64,000 bases of DNA from Glaucostegus cemiculus (Eukaryota), in the NCBI GenBank assembly GCA_976551045.1, contig CDPCPM010000120.1:7440001-7504000 (forward strand), given 5' to 3'. The notes under the pieces were generated by a model, which worked only from the letters and a program-made list of their open reading frames with translations, was not told the DNA's origin and ran no database searches. Made by a program: the position numbers and the translations under genes. Positions 1 to 11,769 of this stretch are shown here, in pieces. Each line of letters begins with the position of its first letter. Positions within the stretch are counted from its first letter, which is position 1.

Positions 1-325
1 TGATAGAGGTGCACCGATAGAGCAGATGGTAGGAAACTCTTCTCCCTACCAAAGATATCTAAAATTTAGAGTAAGGGGTTTGAAACTTAGGGATAATCTG
101 AGGAAGAACCTTTTCACCCAGAGGAATGGTTTGAATCTGGAATGTAGTTACCGAATGGGTAGTGGAGGGAGCTACTCTCACAACATTTTAATACCCACAT
201 GAGCACTTCAATTGCTAATGCATGGAAGGCTACAGAACAAGTGCTGGTAAGTAGGACTAGTATTAATAGGTACTTGATAGTCACGTGGCTGACTGGCCTA
301 CTTCTGTGTTGTATGACTTTGTCTC
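1..325 (+). mobile_element. CR1 LINE 3' end fragment
   Basis: Decayed CR1 3' motifs ttttcacccagag...tctggaatg...gtggagg and tail ggctgactggcctacttctgtgttgtatgact. Confidence 0.7.
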
Positions 326-1429
326 TGACTTCATGACTAAATTCTTTGGTATATTAGGGTGTGTGCACCTGCACAAGCAGACACAGACGCCATACAGACA
401 CATGTAAACTGCTTTAGTAATTTAATAATCATTTTCCTTTTGACTTCTAAGTTAATGTGGATCTTTCCATACTAGAGGCTCAGCAGGCTGCAGGAGAGAG
501 CCCTCCTCCTGAAGGGTATCAGTGTCCTACAGGCCACCGCATCTGTTGCAGCTGAGGAAGCTCTAAATCTTCCTGAAATACAAAATGCTCTGGACCTTGA
601 CCATCAGTGCCTCCCCCCATCTACACATACCTCTTCAATATTATGTTCTTCATTGCATCTCTGTCACTGAAGGCTGTCAGTGCCTGCACCCACCCCTCAT
701 TTCCTGCAAGCTTCACCACCCTAGGGATGGGGAGGGGAAGAATGCATCTGATAGCACACAACGCCAGCTGAGGGTTTAGTGCAGCAACAGCTGAACGGCT
801 GGGTTAGAGGACCAAGTTTCACATGGAGAAATATTGAGTGCTAACAGACTGCAGTCAAATCAGAGGCAAAGGAAAGTTAAGAGTACCAGCTTTGCAGAGA
901 AAGTCCATGCATTAACATTGTCCCAGAGGGCTTGGATGATGACTACAAGAAGAAAGTATATTTGTATGTAGCTATATAAAATATTGTATATACTGTAGAA
1001 AATACAGGAAGGTTACTGCGCTTGCATGCTTGCAAAGTGCAGGAGATTTCAAAGGTTGTAGGTAAGTCTGTCCACAACCTTGCATAGTTTACACTCTGAG
1101 ATTGCCATGCATTTCTCTGCCAGCCAATATTTGTGCCTGACAGTGGCCATGCAGGCAGGTTTCTGTTTCCCTGGAGACATAGTTGGAGGCTAGCCATCAT
1201 CTTTTACTACACTGTCAGAGCCATACTTGCTGTCTCCAGGAGAATATTGATTGTTTAGAATAAGGAGAGGTTATGTAAGGCAGATTGCTGTTCTGCAAGC
1301 ACAGAAGACTGACAAACAAGAGATTGCTGCTGCCAGCAAGTGACAGCTTGCTGCCTTGTAGGCATTGATAACTTGTGTTGGCAAGGATTAGGAGGTTTTA
1401 ATACCTGCTGTCCAGTCTGGTTCACAGCA

Positions 1430-2310
1430 TAAAGTAAACTGCTGGAGGAACTTGGTGGGTCAGGCAGCATCTGTGGAGGCAAGGGGATAGTTAGCATTTT
1501 GAGTCGAGACCGCGTCAAGACTGCGAGTGTAGAGGAAAGATAGGCAGTATGAATAGGGTGAGAGGGGCGGTGAGGCAGGAGCTGGCAGACAATAGGTGGA
1601 ACCAGGTGAGGAGGGAGATGATGGACTGATGGAGCCAGGTGGGGGAGGGGTGGAGTCAGGAGACAGTGGCTGGTAGGTGATAGGTAGAGACAAGATAAGG
1701 GAAGAGAAAATAGGGGTGGATGGAGCCAGGTGGGGTGAGGGGAAGGTGGCGATAGAGACAGAGACTGGAGGGCATTGAGTGGAAACAAGAGGCTGCAGAT
1801 GCTGGAATCTGATAAGTAAGGAAGGTGATAAGTGAAACCAGATAAGGGAGGGATGAGAGGTAGATGGAACCAGTTGGAAGTGGGAAGAGGAGAACCAGAA
1901 GGTGTGATGTGTGTGGGTAATAGGCAGATGGGACCGGGTGGGGGAGGGGACTGAAATAGTGTGAAAGGGAGGGGGTAGGGTGGGGACCAGAAGGAGAGAA
2001 AAAGGAGCACAGGGAACATGGGTTACCTGAAGTTGGAAAAGTCATCGTTCGTACCATTGGGTTGTAGATTATTCAGGCAGAATATGAGGTGCTGTTCTTT
2101 TAGTTTGTGTTTGGCCTCACCCTTGCAGTAGAGGATGTCAGGGACAGACAAGTCCATGTTGGAATGGCACGCAGCCAGAGGTCTGGATGGTCATTGCAGA
2201 CAGTGTATTGGTGCTCTGCAAAAGACTAGTCCAGCCTGGTCTCACTGATGCAGAGGAGACCACATTGAGAACACCGAATGCATTAGACAAGTTTGGAAGA
2301 GCTGTATGTG
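1430..2310 (-). mobile_element. Penelope-like element 3' part: degenerate GIY-YIG endonuclease, C/T-rich spacer, terminal repeat
   Basis: Minus-strand translation gives KLV*CIRCSQCGLLCISET...FAEH...HPDL and HSNMDLSVPDILYCKGEAKHKLKEQHLIFCLNNLQPNGTNDDFSNFR* (about 2300->2023). This matches the VY-CxxC-YIG and EQHLIF..LQP.G.N motifs of PLE endonucleases. A pyrimidine-rich tract and the gatgctgcctgacc...tccagca terminal repeat follow. Confidence 0.85.
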
Positions 2311-2809
2311 AATCTCTGTCTGACCTGGTAGGGCTGTTTGGGTCGCTAGGTGGTGGCGAGGGAGAAGCTGGCACACAGCAAACACAGCAGCCTGCCATCT
2401 GTCTGATCCCATAAGTTCCAGTTGCAATATGGAATATGGAACTGCTGCCCTCTCTCAGGATGGCACCATTTCTTTTCCCAGCACTGGTTCTTGGACAACG
2501 TCCTTGCCTGTAACCCAGGAGACAATCTCTCACTTTAAGTTGCCAGCCAGCCCATCCTGATGCTCCATCATAGACCAGGTTAACAGGAGGAGTCCTTCAC
2601 CAGCCTGGCAATAATCACAGATTGAAGTGGTATTCCCATAGTAGCAGCAGGAAGCCCAGTTGGAAAACACTCAAAGGGAAAGTATTAGGATGATCAGATA
2701 GTATAAATGTATTGGTAATAAATTTCATTTGACATTATTGTTTGCATAACCACTCAGTTTGATTGTGCTTGCTTAAGAAAATTAGAGTACAGAGCATCAA
2801 TAACTTCCC

Positions 2810-2912
2810 TAATATACAAATAGAAATGCTGGAAACATTCAACAGGTCAGGCAGCATTTGTGGATGGAGAAACAGTTAAGATTTCAGAGCCAGGATCCTT
2901 CATCAGAACTGT
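2810..2912 (-). mobile_element. Solo Penelope-like terminal repeat with minimal hammerhead-ribozyme motif
   Basis: Minus strand: ACAGTT-CTGATGA-aggatcctggctct-GAAA-tc-TT-AACTGT, then the same atgctgcctgacctg...tccagcatt tail as the 1430 element. Confidence 0.75.
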
Positions 2913-4464
2913 ACATGATCCAAATTCTAGGCAAAGACATTTTAAAATAAAAACATTTCTTGAACAGTTTAGTTATGATCCCATGTGTATACTTAACGTT
3001 TTATTTAGCAGGGGGAGAAAATGGTTGTACTCTTTGCTTCCAGTGAGCTGACTGTAAGAATTCCTTAATGTGATTGGTTAAACCACAGAGATCTCCCTGA
3101 TCTGATACCTAATTGCAGCAGGCATTGGAAAAGAGAAATTCTTGCCACATGACTGCAGTCTTTGTTTTCTCTTGGGTCAATGATGAGCACCATTGCTTAA
3201 CTACTGACTGCACATTTTGGTCCACTTTGTTAGGTTTTGTTTCTAGCCCACTTTCAGATCAGCATCTAAGCAGAGTAGGTGGAACTACATGGGGATTTCA
3301 AAATTCTAGGTATCTTTTTGTCTGTCTTCGGGCTGGAGCCTCCTGGCTGTTATTTTTGAATAGCTGCCAGGAAGAACTGAAGGCAGTGACCATTCCTGCT
3401 GCTGCATGTATCTGAGCTTGCTGTTGCAGCTGTAATACCATCCACATAAGCCATGACAGGATTAAATGTTCAGGGCCACACTGAGGTTAGGACAATCATA
3501 TCAATTAAAAATACTGACAAGCTCAGGTTATTGCAGATAAAGTGTATGTCTGTTTGCAGTCTGCCTTCCACTAGGTATGAGGAGAACAAAAAAATCAGCC
3601 TCTTTGATTAAAAAGCTTAGGGCTAAAGTGTTTGCAAAGCTTTCCCACCTTCCAGCTGTATTAACAGTAGAAAACTGGCAAAAGCTTGCAAAAATGGATC
3701 ATATGACAATTCACACCAATTTTCCATTTGCTACTATAGATGATTAGAAAAATTCCCCATGGAAATTTCAGGAGAGGATGACTCTGACAACATGTATGAG
3801 ATGATTGTTGAACCGGCTCATCCATTCTCTCCTAATTGAGTGGAAGTCTTGCCATATTTTATGTATAAGGCTGAAACACTTTAAAATACTTGTTAGGAGA
3901 CATTTATAATAGAGCAGTGCTCATATTCCACATTATTTCACGTTTTGACTAAAATCATTTAAAATCTTGAAACAATCATTTCATTGTTGCCATATTACAA
4001 TGAACCATTAATTAATAAGATTATTTTAAAATATTAGCCTAATTTGAGCTGGCATGATGATTCCAAATCCATTTCTTAGAACTAATTCTAGAACTAAGAG
4101 TCATAGGCCTTGGAAATCTTCAGTTCTTTAAAATTATTCACTAAAGTGGACGGCGAGGCTTTTGGGCTTTTTGGTCACTGTGCCATGCTCCTTGTGCAAG
4201 AGTATGTGCATATTTAATAAACAAAGCATTTCAAATTCCCCATTAGTCTGGTTTAACAACGTTGTTTCACACACGTGCAAAACTGAAACAGTGACAATTG
4301 ACATCAATTCTCATCTCTTAAAGGAGAAAAAGTCACTATTTCACACTATTGCTTGAAGTCATTGAAATATTGCAGGTAATATAGGATTAGCAAATAGCTG
4401 TAAGAATGGCAACCTGGATGTCCTGGTGAAGGAGGATGAGTGCTGCAAAGTGGGTTTTACACCA

Positions 4465-4570
4465 AGATGAAAAACATTATGATGCTAGAGGAACTCAGCA
4501 GGTCAGGCAGCATCCACAGAGAAAAGCAGGCGATCAACATTACGGGTCAGGACCCTTCTTCAGGATGATA
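4465..4570 (-). mobile_element. Solo Penelope-like terminal repeat with hammerhead-like motif
   Basis: Minus strand: ATC-CTGAAGA-a-GGGT-cctg-ACCC-GTAA-tg-TT-GAT, then gatgctgcctgacctgctgagttcctctagcatc. Confidence 0.75.
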
Positions 4571-4769
4571 TCCAGGGGTATCCTCCTGACACCAAGATGT
4601 AAGGAGGATACCCCTCCCCTCTCCTCCAGCCTTGTGCTGACATGAAGGCAGCAAAGAGAGAAAGTGGCCAAGAGTTCAGTGCCAGAAGTAAGGCATTGCA
4701 GATCAGGTCCCTCAGTAGAAAAAAATGTAATGACCTCATCCATCCAGTCAAGGTTAGTGGAGTTGCACA

Positions 4770-5310
4770 GTCCTTACCAACTTTTATAGATGCATCATAG
4801 GAAGCATCCTATACTGATGCATCACAACTTGGTATGGCAACTGCTCTGCCAAAGCCTGCAAGAAATTACAATGAGTTGTGGGTGCAGCCCAGGCCATCAC
4901 ACAAGCCAGTCTCCTGGCAGTCAACATAAACAAGGACCCCTCTCACCCCTCATCATTCTCTCTTCTCCCCTCCTTTGTTGGGCAGAAGATACAAAAGCTT
5001 GAAAGCATATGCAACCAGACTCAAGGACAGCTCTATCCTGCTGTTGTCAGGCTCTTGAACAGACCTCTCATACACTGTAGATGAACTCTCAATCTCCCAT
5101 TCTACCTCGTCGTGGCCCTTGCACTTGTTTTGTTAACCCGCACTGCACTTCACTGTAGCCACAACACTAGATTCTATGTTCTGCATTCTATTTTCTTATT
5201 GCTACCTTGATGTACTTATGCATGGCTTAATTTGTCTGGATTTCATGCAAACAAAAGCTTTTCACTGTATCTCAGTACATGTGACAATATTAAACCAATA
5301 CCAATACCAA
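4770..5310 (+). mobile_element. Rex1/Babar-type LINE 3' fragment
   Basis: Translates as NFYRCIIGSILY*CITTWYGNCSAKACKKLQ*VVGAAQAITQ (the region C-terminal to the RT in Rex1). 3' UTR ends gtgacaatattaaa(ccaata)n. Second copy of this UTR at about 31545-31845. Confidence 0.8.
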
Positions 5311-7059
5311 GGTTCCAACTGATGTACTGCTTCACAAACTCCTTGCAGTTCAGACACCTACCGTAATTCTACAATTGCAAATAACTCACACAGTCAACTC
5401 TGTTCCATAACTCACAGGCATCTCACGGCTCACATGCACACACTGCTATTCCACTATGGCAGGCATATCATACGAACACATTGAGACACACTCAGTAGCA
5501 ACATTTCCCTGGGCAAGAGAAAATTCCTAGTAATTGGTACCTGGAGCAGTAACCTGGAGAAGGCCCCTTCCATATCCAGCGGCTGACAACAATTACCAGC
5601 TTTGTCTTCCTCCTCCTGCACCAACAGCTGTGCCTTCTGCTCTTGCTGGACATATGTAGTTAAAAGCTGTGCCCCAGAGTTGCCAGATTGTGGAGCATGC
5701 AGATTGTAACAACGAAGTTTAAAGCCCTCTCTGCTATGTCCCAGTCACCAGAATATCGTGTTGAGGATACCAAAAACTTTCTCCTCTATGCTCTACTTGC
5801 TCTGTCCATTGCACAATGAGGAGCCATATTGGGAGGTGGGAGCAGGTGGGTGCAGGTGGAGACTAAGGAAGGAGTAGGTAGCCCTTGTCCCACAAGAGCA
5901 AGCCCTCCATTTGGTATGATGATTGAGATATGTTGGACACAGCAAACTACCTGGGAGTGGAAGAGTTAAGCGTTCTCTGGGGATGTATGATATTCACCAT
6001 GAGGAATTTCAACTTATGGTTGCAGAGAAACTGCACATTCAAAGAGTAATCACACTGAACATAAATATAGAGTTCAAAATCACATGGGGAGTCCCAAGTG
6101 CTACTAGAGTGTTATTTATCAAATGTTGAACCTTAGGGAATCTCATGATCCTGACAAATCTAATCCCAACAGCATTTGCTGGTATCTGCACAGGGAGATA
6201 GGGGTTAATGTTGCTCTCTTTGAATAGATAGAATCAGTGATGCCTTTGCAGTGGTATGCTGCATCCTGTGAAATACATCATTAATTAACAACTGCACCAG
6301 GAACAATCCATAAGCTAAAGTCAGGGTAATAGCGGCCTTCACATCTATAGGCACTGATGCATGGGTGGAGCTCTGCATGCAGAGAGTGACAGATTCCTGT
6401 CACCACTGGTTTAACAAACTTTAACTTCTGTGTGCTTTGCTCCTCAGAGAGTTAAAGGGGCATAACTCCCTGTGCACTGTTGAATAATAGACTGATGTGG
6501 CAAGATCCTATTTTTCCTTCCTGCTCCTTACTCTGACAAGTTTGGCTTGTATTCAGGCCCATTTCTCCAGCTCCTCAATGTGCTGCAGATCCAACAAGAT
6601 GCCAACTAAAAATTGCTCACCCAGACTTCCCACACACTTAAAGTGCAATTTCTCATTCCTGGAAGGAACTGAGCTGATCTGCATCTAACCCACCACGAAA
6701 GCCATGAATGGTTGATGAAACAATAAGTGCAAGTTCTATGTATGTTACCAAAGTTTTAATAACTCCTGTCAGGAGCACTCATGGTGACTTAACCAGTAAG
6801 CTGCCATTGAACTTCATCCTTGATGATCTAAATGAGTGTTGCATGGGGTTTATGTCATTTATCCATGCTCCATATGCTGTGTATGCAAATATATCACACA
6901 CTTAAAAGAGCCAAGAAGGACTATCCATCTAGAATGATCTGTGCTATTTAACCACATTCAAGCACCATAAATACTTAGGGCTATTTTTCACTCAGCATGT
7001 AAGAAAACAAGCTGCCGTGAATTTCTAACCATATTTGCATAGTAAGGTGTCAGCTATTT

Positions 7060-7300
7060 AGTACTGAACTGTGGAAGAATAATTCCACTTCGAGTTGTGA
7101 ACCTGTGGTATTTTCTACCGTCAGAAGGCTGTGAGTGCTCAGCAACTGAATATATTCCAGGTTTAAATCGCTGGAGTTTTGAACACCAAGGGAATCAAGA
7201 AATCTGGGGAGCAAGCTAAAACTTGAAGATGTGCCATGAGTGAGTTGAATGGCAGAACAGATTCAGACACACATGGCCCACTCCTGCTTCTCCTTTCCTC
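7060..7300 (+). mobile_element. CR1 3' end fragment in SLC25A21 intron
   Basis: gagttgtgaacctgtgg...aggctgtg...ggaatcaaga...gccatga...gaatggcagaacag...ggcccactcctgcttctc, the typical CR1 3' tail. Confidence 0.65.
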
Positions 7301-7514
7301 AGTTACAAGCTGACACAATGAGTAGCAGCCCACTGCAGGAGTTCTTCCCCAATTTAAAAAAAATTGCATCTCACATTGGATCTTGAGTTGCAACAGTTTT
7401 GCCATCTAATGGTTCAATGCTTTAAGAGGAATACAAAATTATTATGAGGTGATTAGGTTTTAGATTTTTTATTTAGTCTAAAAATAATGGTGTGTGACAT
7501 TTGTTTCAATACAG

Positions 7515-7679
7515 CAGCCATCCACATTTGCTTACGCACGTGAAGTAATCCGAACTCAGGGTTTTGGACTACGGGGCCTAAACAAGGGTCTGACAGCAAC
7601 ATTAGGTCGGCATGGTGTATTCAACATGATCTATTTTGGATTTTACTTCAATGTGAAGAATATTATTCCAGCAAATAAG
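7515..7679 (+). CDS. SLC25A21: SLC25A21 internal coding exon (165 bp; equivalent to human exon 7)
   Basis: Acceptor aatacag|CAG, donor AAG|gtaatt. Encodes QPSTFAYAREVIRTQGFGLRGLNKGLTATLGRHGVFNMIYFGFYFNVKNIIPANK, matching the mitochondrial oxodicarboxylate carrier. Phase 0/0. Confidence 0.96.
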
Positions 7680-8817
7680 GTAATTATTTGATCTAAATGA
7701 ATAGCCAATATTAAATAGTGAAAGAGAAACCAGGAACTGTTAATGTATGTGCATGCAGTGGATTTTCATGTTCCTTTCATTCCAGTTCAGCTCATTTCCT
7801 CATGCAAATCTTTAATTCAAACTAAGGCAATACATATGTCGCAATGCCCTAATTATGTTGGGCTTCAGGAAGAATATATCATTTGGCCATCTGTCATAGC
7901 TTTTCTTTATCAATCATTTAGTTTACTAATCTCCCAAAAAGTTGCCCATAACTAATGTTATATTGAACTTCAGTGTTTTGCAAGTGTAAATCATTACACT
8001 ATTATATTTAATTATCCATCAAACTGCAGTGGATGGCAGGCCTGCATAAATAATTACTAATGTAAAACAGAAGGAAGTGTAGATTTGAATATATCAACAT
8101 AAAACATCATTGAAATGTCTACAATCTAACAATTCAAATCTGTACACGGCAAAAGTCTGAAACAAGCAGTATTTTGAAGTAGTGGCGTACTGTAAATATA
8201 CTTCAGGTCAATTAAATTAGTTGCTGCTGTTTGCCAAAAAGACGAGACTTCAGTCACTGCTATAATTGAACTAATGTGGATTGTTAATAACAGGAAACTT
8301 CTACTTCTTGATAGACTGGATAGTTCAGACATGAAAGAAAATCTGAAGAGAAAAGCATGCAGGAAAGAGAACAAAAACACAGGACACTAGAATGAGGATT
8401 TCTTTAACATATGGAGATCTCATGTACAAATCAGTATTTTGGTAGATTTCATGGTGGAAGTTGCTGTCATTTGTAAAGTATTCTGGCCAATTAGCTAATA
8501 TGCTTGCTTGGATTTCTCATGTTTTGACACAGTAATACTAAGTACATTGTAAGGTCTAATTATATAAATCATCGCCATATGCCAAGGCAGTCTTTTTTAT
8601 GAACTTTGTTTATAAATCCTGTGTGAGGAAATGTGTGTTTCAACGATTTAGAACATGTGTAAAAACACAAACAGTATGATTGTCAAGAAACTGAGCATGT
8701 GTATGGGGAATCTTAATGTATTTAGGTAGAATAACAAAAAAAGAGCCATGTAGATATTTGATTAATTGTCATTCTTTTTCCCCTAAAACAAATTTTATGT
8801 TTCTCTTTTCTTTTTAG

Positions 8818-8999
8818 GACCCTTCAATTGAGTTCCTGAGGAAATTTGGGATTGGATTTTTATCAGGAACGATTGCTTCTTGTGTCAATATACCTTTTGA
8901 TGTAGCAAAGAGCAGGATCCAGGGACCACAGCCCAAGTCAGGAGAAATTAAATACAGAACATGTTTCAGCACTATCAAGACCATCCATAGGAAGGAAGG
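8818..8999 (+). CDS. SLC25A21: SLC25A21 internal coding exon (182 bp; equivalent to human exon 8)
   Basis: Polypyrimidine tract + tttag|GAC, donor GG|gtaaga. Encodes DPSIEFLRKFGIGFLSGTIASCVNIPFDVAKSRIQGPQPKSGEIKYRTCFSTIKTIHRKEG, including the carrier signature PxDxxKxR (PFDVAKSR). Not in the ORF track. Confidence 0.97.
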
Positions 9000-9845
9000 G
9001 TAAGAGTCTTTTTTTTAATTTCACATTTGAATCCTCTTAACATTTCCATTAAGCTTTCATCCAATTAACTGCATGGTAAAAGTTATGACCCTGGATGTCC
9101 CCTCTATATTCACTATGGGAATTCACCAAAATATCCAGAAATTTAGCCTTTATTTACAGTTTTTATTTTTAACTTTAGAAGTATCTCACATACCAGGAAG
9201 TCATGATGCAGAGAGGGGGCAGCACTAATTATTTCAGGGGCAGGCCTGAGATGGACATGGTTGAACCAGGTTTTCTGGTGCCATGGTGTAAAGGTATTCA
9301 AAATCTGAGTGGGTTTTCATTCACCATTGATGTAAATTACAGAGCCTTCACTAATCCAATGGGCAAAATGGAATTCACATCACGGGATTTAGACTGAGAT
9401 TTAAACAAAATATATGTAATTTTAATTGTACCTGGGCTAAAGAAAATAAAATTAATTTAAACAAGTCCATATTAAATCTCTGGAAAATATAATTCCCATC
9501 ATTAAATTTACTCAGTTTTCACAAAAATATATTTAATGTGCGAAAATCCTCACATGCTGCATTGTGCAGAAATTGTAAAGCGTAACATAGAATTAAATTT
9601 TAAAAATATCTTGGCTCATGATTTCCACCATCATATTATCGATTGTCTTGCATCATTTATGTTTTTTAAGGAAATTATGCCTTTTTTCAGAGCATATTAA
9701 ACAGAATTAAACAAAAAGTGTATTTCAAAGGGGGAAAAGATTGAATAGATGAATATGATCTTTTATTACATAACAGAATTTCTTAGCAAACATTAGAGTA
9801 TTCTGTTTCCTATATTAACGAATATATGTATTTTGCATTTGATAG

Positions 9846-9898
9846 GTTTTTTGCATTGTACAAAGGCTTGGTTCCTAAGGTCATGCGGCTAGGGCCAG
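9846..9898 (+). CDS. SLC25A21: SLC25A21 internal coding exon (53 bp; equivalent to human exon 9)
   Basis: Acceptor tttgatag|G, donor CAG|gtaatt. Encodes FFALYKGLVPKVMRLGP; phases fit both neighbouring exons. Confidence 0.95.
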
Positions 9899-10038
9899 GT
9901 AATTCCAATATATGTCTATAAGCTAACCAAACATGTTAGCTTAAAGACATTTTACTATATGTAATAATTTGTATTTTTAACATCAATTACTAAGTTGCAT
10001 TGATCACTTTCTCTGTTTTCATCCCTCTCTATCTCCAG

Positions 10039-10100
10039 GAGGTGCAGTTATGCTCTTGGTTTATGAATATTCTTTTGCCTGGCTTCAGGAAAACTTCTGA
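10039..10100 (+). CDS. SLC25A21: SLC25A21 last coding exon (62 bp to TGA)
   Basis: Acceptor ctctatctccag|GA. Encodes (G)GAVMLLVYEYSFAWLQENF*, stop TGA at 10098-10100. Confidence 0.96.
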
Positions 10101-10168
10101 TTCAAACAGAACAAAATATAACTAAAACACTCGCATTTTCTTTAAAAACATCATGTTACATTGCCCTC

Positions 10169-10329
10169 AATAAACTTGTGTAAACATGAAGAATATTTTT
10201 TTCAGAGGAAGTTCATTTAAATCTGTATTCAAAGCAAAATGATATAATTGTAAAGTATTTTCTCCTGTCAATAAATTAACCCAAAATGATTAACTAAACA
10301 TACAGCAATTTTTTACATTTCTGAATAAA
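10169..10329 (+). terminator. Candidate SLC25A21 polyadenylation signals
   Basis: AATAAA at 10169, 10270 and 10324, downstream of the stop. Which one is used cannot be told from sequence. Confidence 0.5.
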
Positions 10330-11182
10330 ACAAATATTTTGTAATTCATGTTTTTAATTTAGGTATTTATAAAAATAAAATGTTTTCTTACAGATATATA
10401 CAAGTACAGCCTATGGATCGATATCATTTTAAATGATTTAATCTTCTGTACATTGATCCTGAACTTAACGGGTTGAATAGAAAGCTTTAGTGAGAGGAGC
10501 TGTGAGAGCAGGGAACTAATCTCACAACTGAGACACATAATGTACATTTTTGAAAAAACATCTATGACTTAAATTAGACCAAGTTTTTTTTACATCTTCA
10601 TGGACTACAGATTTTTGTATGGCTACCCAATTATAGTTATGGCCTAATTTACTGAATATTTGCTGCATGAAATACTAATTACCATTAAATAAATTTAGTA
10701 TTTATAACTTTTTCCACCACCATTATACCTACAAATAAAATTGATTATTTACACGGATGTAAACTTCACAGCGAGCTGATGTACATTCATTTCAAACAGA
10801 AACTTCCTTGAAACGATCAGGAAAACATGTTAATATTTTACCTGAATTGCAGGGTCAGTGCTATAACCATCAATTAGAGTAGAAGTTGCGTTTCACAGTG
10901 GTTGTTGCTCTAAGTCCATGGTATGAGTCCGTATATAGGTTTCACAATAAGCTTGAACCGTCTGACCAACTTCTTAAAGACATTTTGTTCAGGTCTTCAA
11001 AAAGCTAACTTTATACCCTAGCTGTGTTTGGACTTTGCAATGACCCTGTGAGGTTGCATAGGATCCTGTAGATTTACTTGGAGGGTTGTTTGATTTAGTG
11101 TCCTCTGCTGAAGAAAAGAAACGTCCTTCATAAAAAAAAATGCAGAATTTTCTTCTATATGTACATAATATTTGACATTTGT

Positions 11183-11769
11183 TTTATTCTTCAAATTCTA
11201 GGCATCCTTTAGCTGATGAATATGCTTTCTGGAAAGTTGATTGTAACATTTGGGGAGAAAAGCTTTGCACAGTAATATGAAAATAAATGTCGCCATTTTA
11301 TTTTTATTTACAAAGAAAAATAGTTTCTGTTCCATTAACCAATCCTCCTAACATTGATCATTTCTTCACCAAATAACTATATTACAATAATTTGCCTCAT
11401 TCTGTCAGTTACTTCAATATAATTCCTTTGTTGGATGGGGGTTATTTACATAAACACATCTCTATCATTGTTGAATTTTGAAAAGGGTACACCAAAGGTA
11501 AAATCTTCCAATTAAGTTACAAGGAAAAATTCATAAAAGGCTTTGAAGATTTTGTCACTAGCTTGGAAATGTTTGGGCACTGATCAGGGCAACATATTGC
11601 AGTTTACTTTTATATTAACTCTGTGGTCATATACAGTAAATGATTCGAATGATTCATTCTATTCAAATGGAAAATAATCACATTAGAGAATTTTCCACTA
11701 ACCTGCCAGTGTGCAGTTATTTTTTTGAAATAAGCTAATAATAGAAAAACCCTGGAACTGAGTTTTATT
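11183..11769 (-). terminator. Candidate PAX9 polyadenylation signals
   Basis: Minus-strand AATAAA (plus TTTATT) at 11764, 11303, 11297 and 11183, 0.7-1.3 kb past the PAX9 stop. The region is AT-rich, so chance matches are possible. Confidence 0.35.

Noticed and set aside
1255-2057. 254-aa and 133-aa Pro/Ser/Leu-rich minus-strand ORFs
   Set aside because: They come from the stop-poor C/T-rich spacer of the Penelope-like element and show no domain or splice support.
1-7500. Upstream SLC25A21 exons (e.g. the NPFEVVK-coding exon)
   Set aside because: Not found by eye; presumably upstream of the window.
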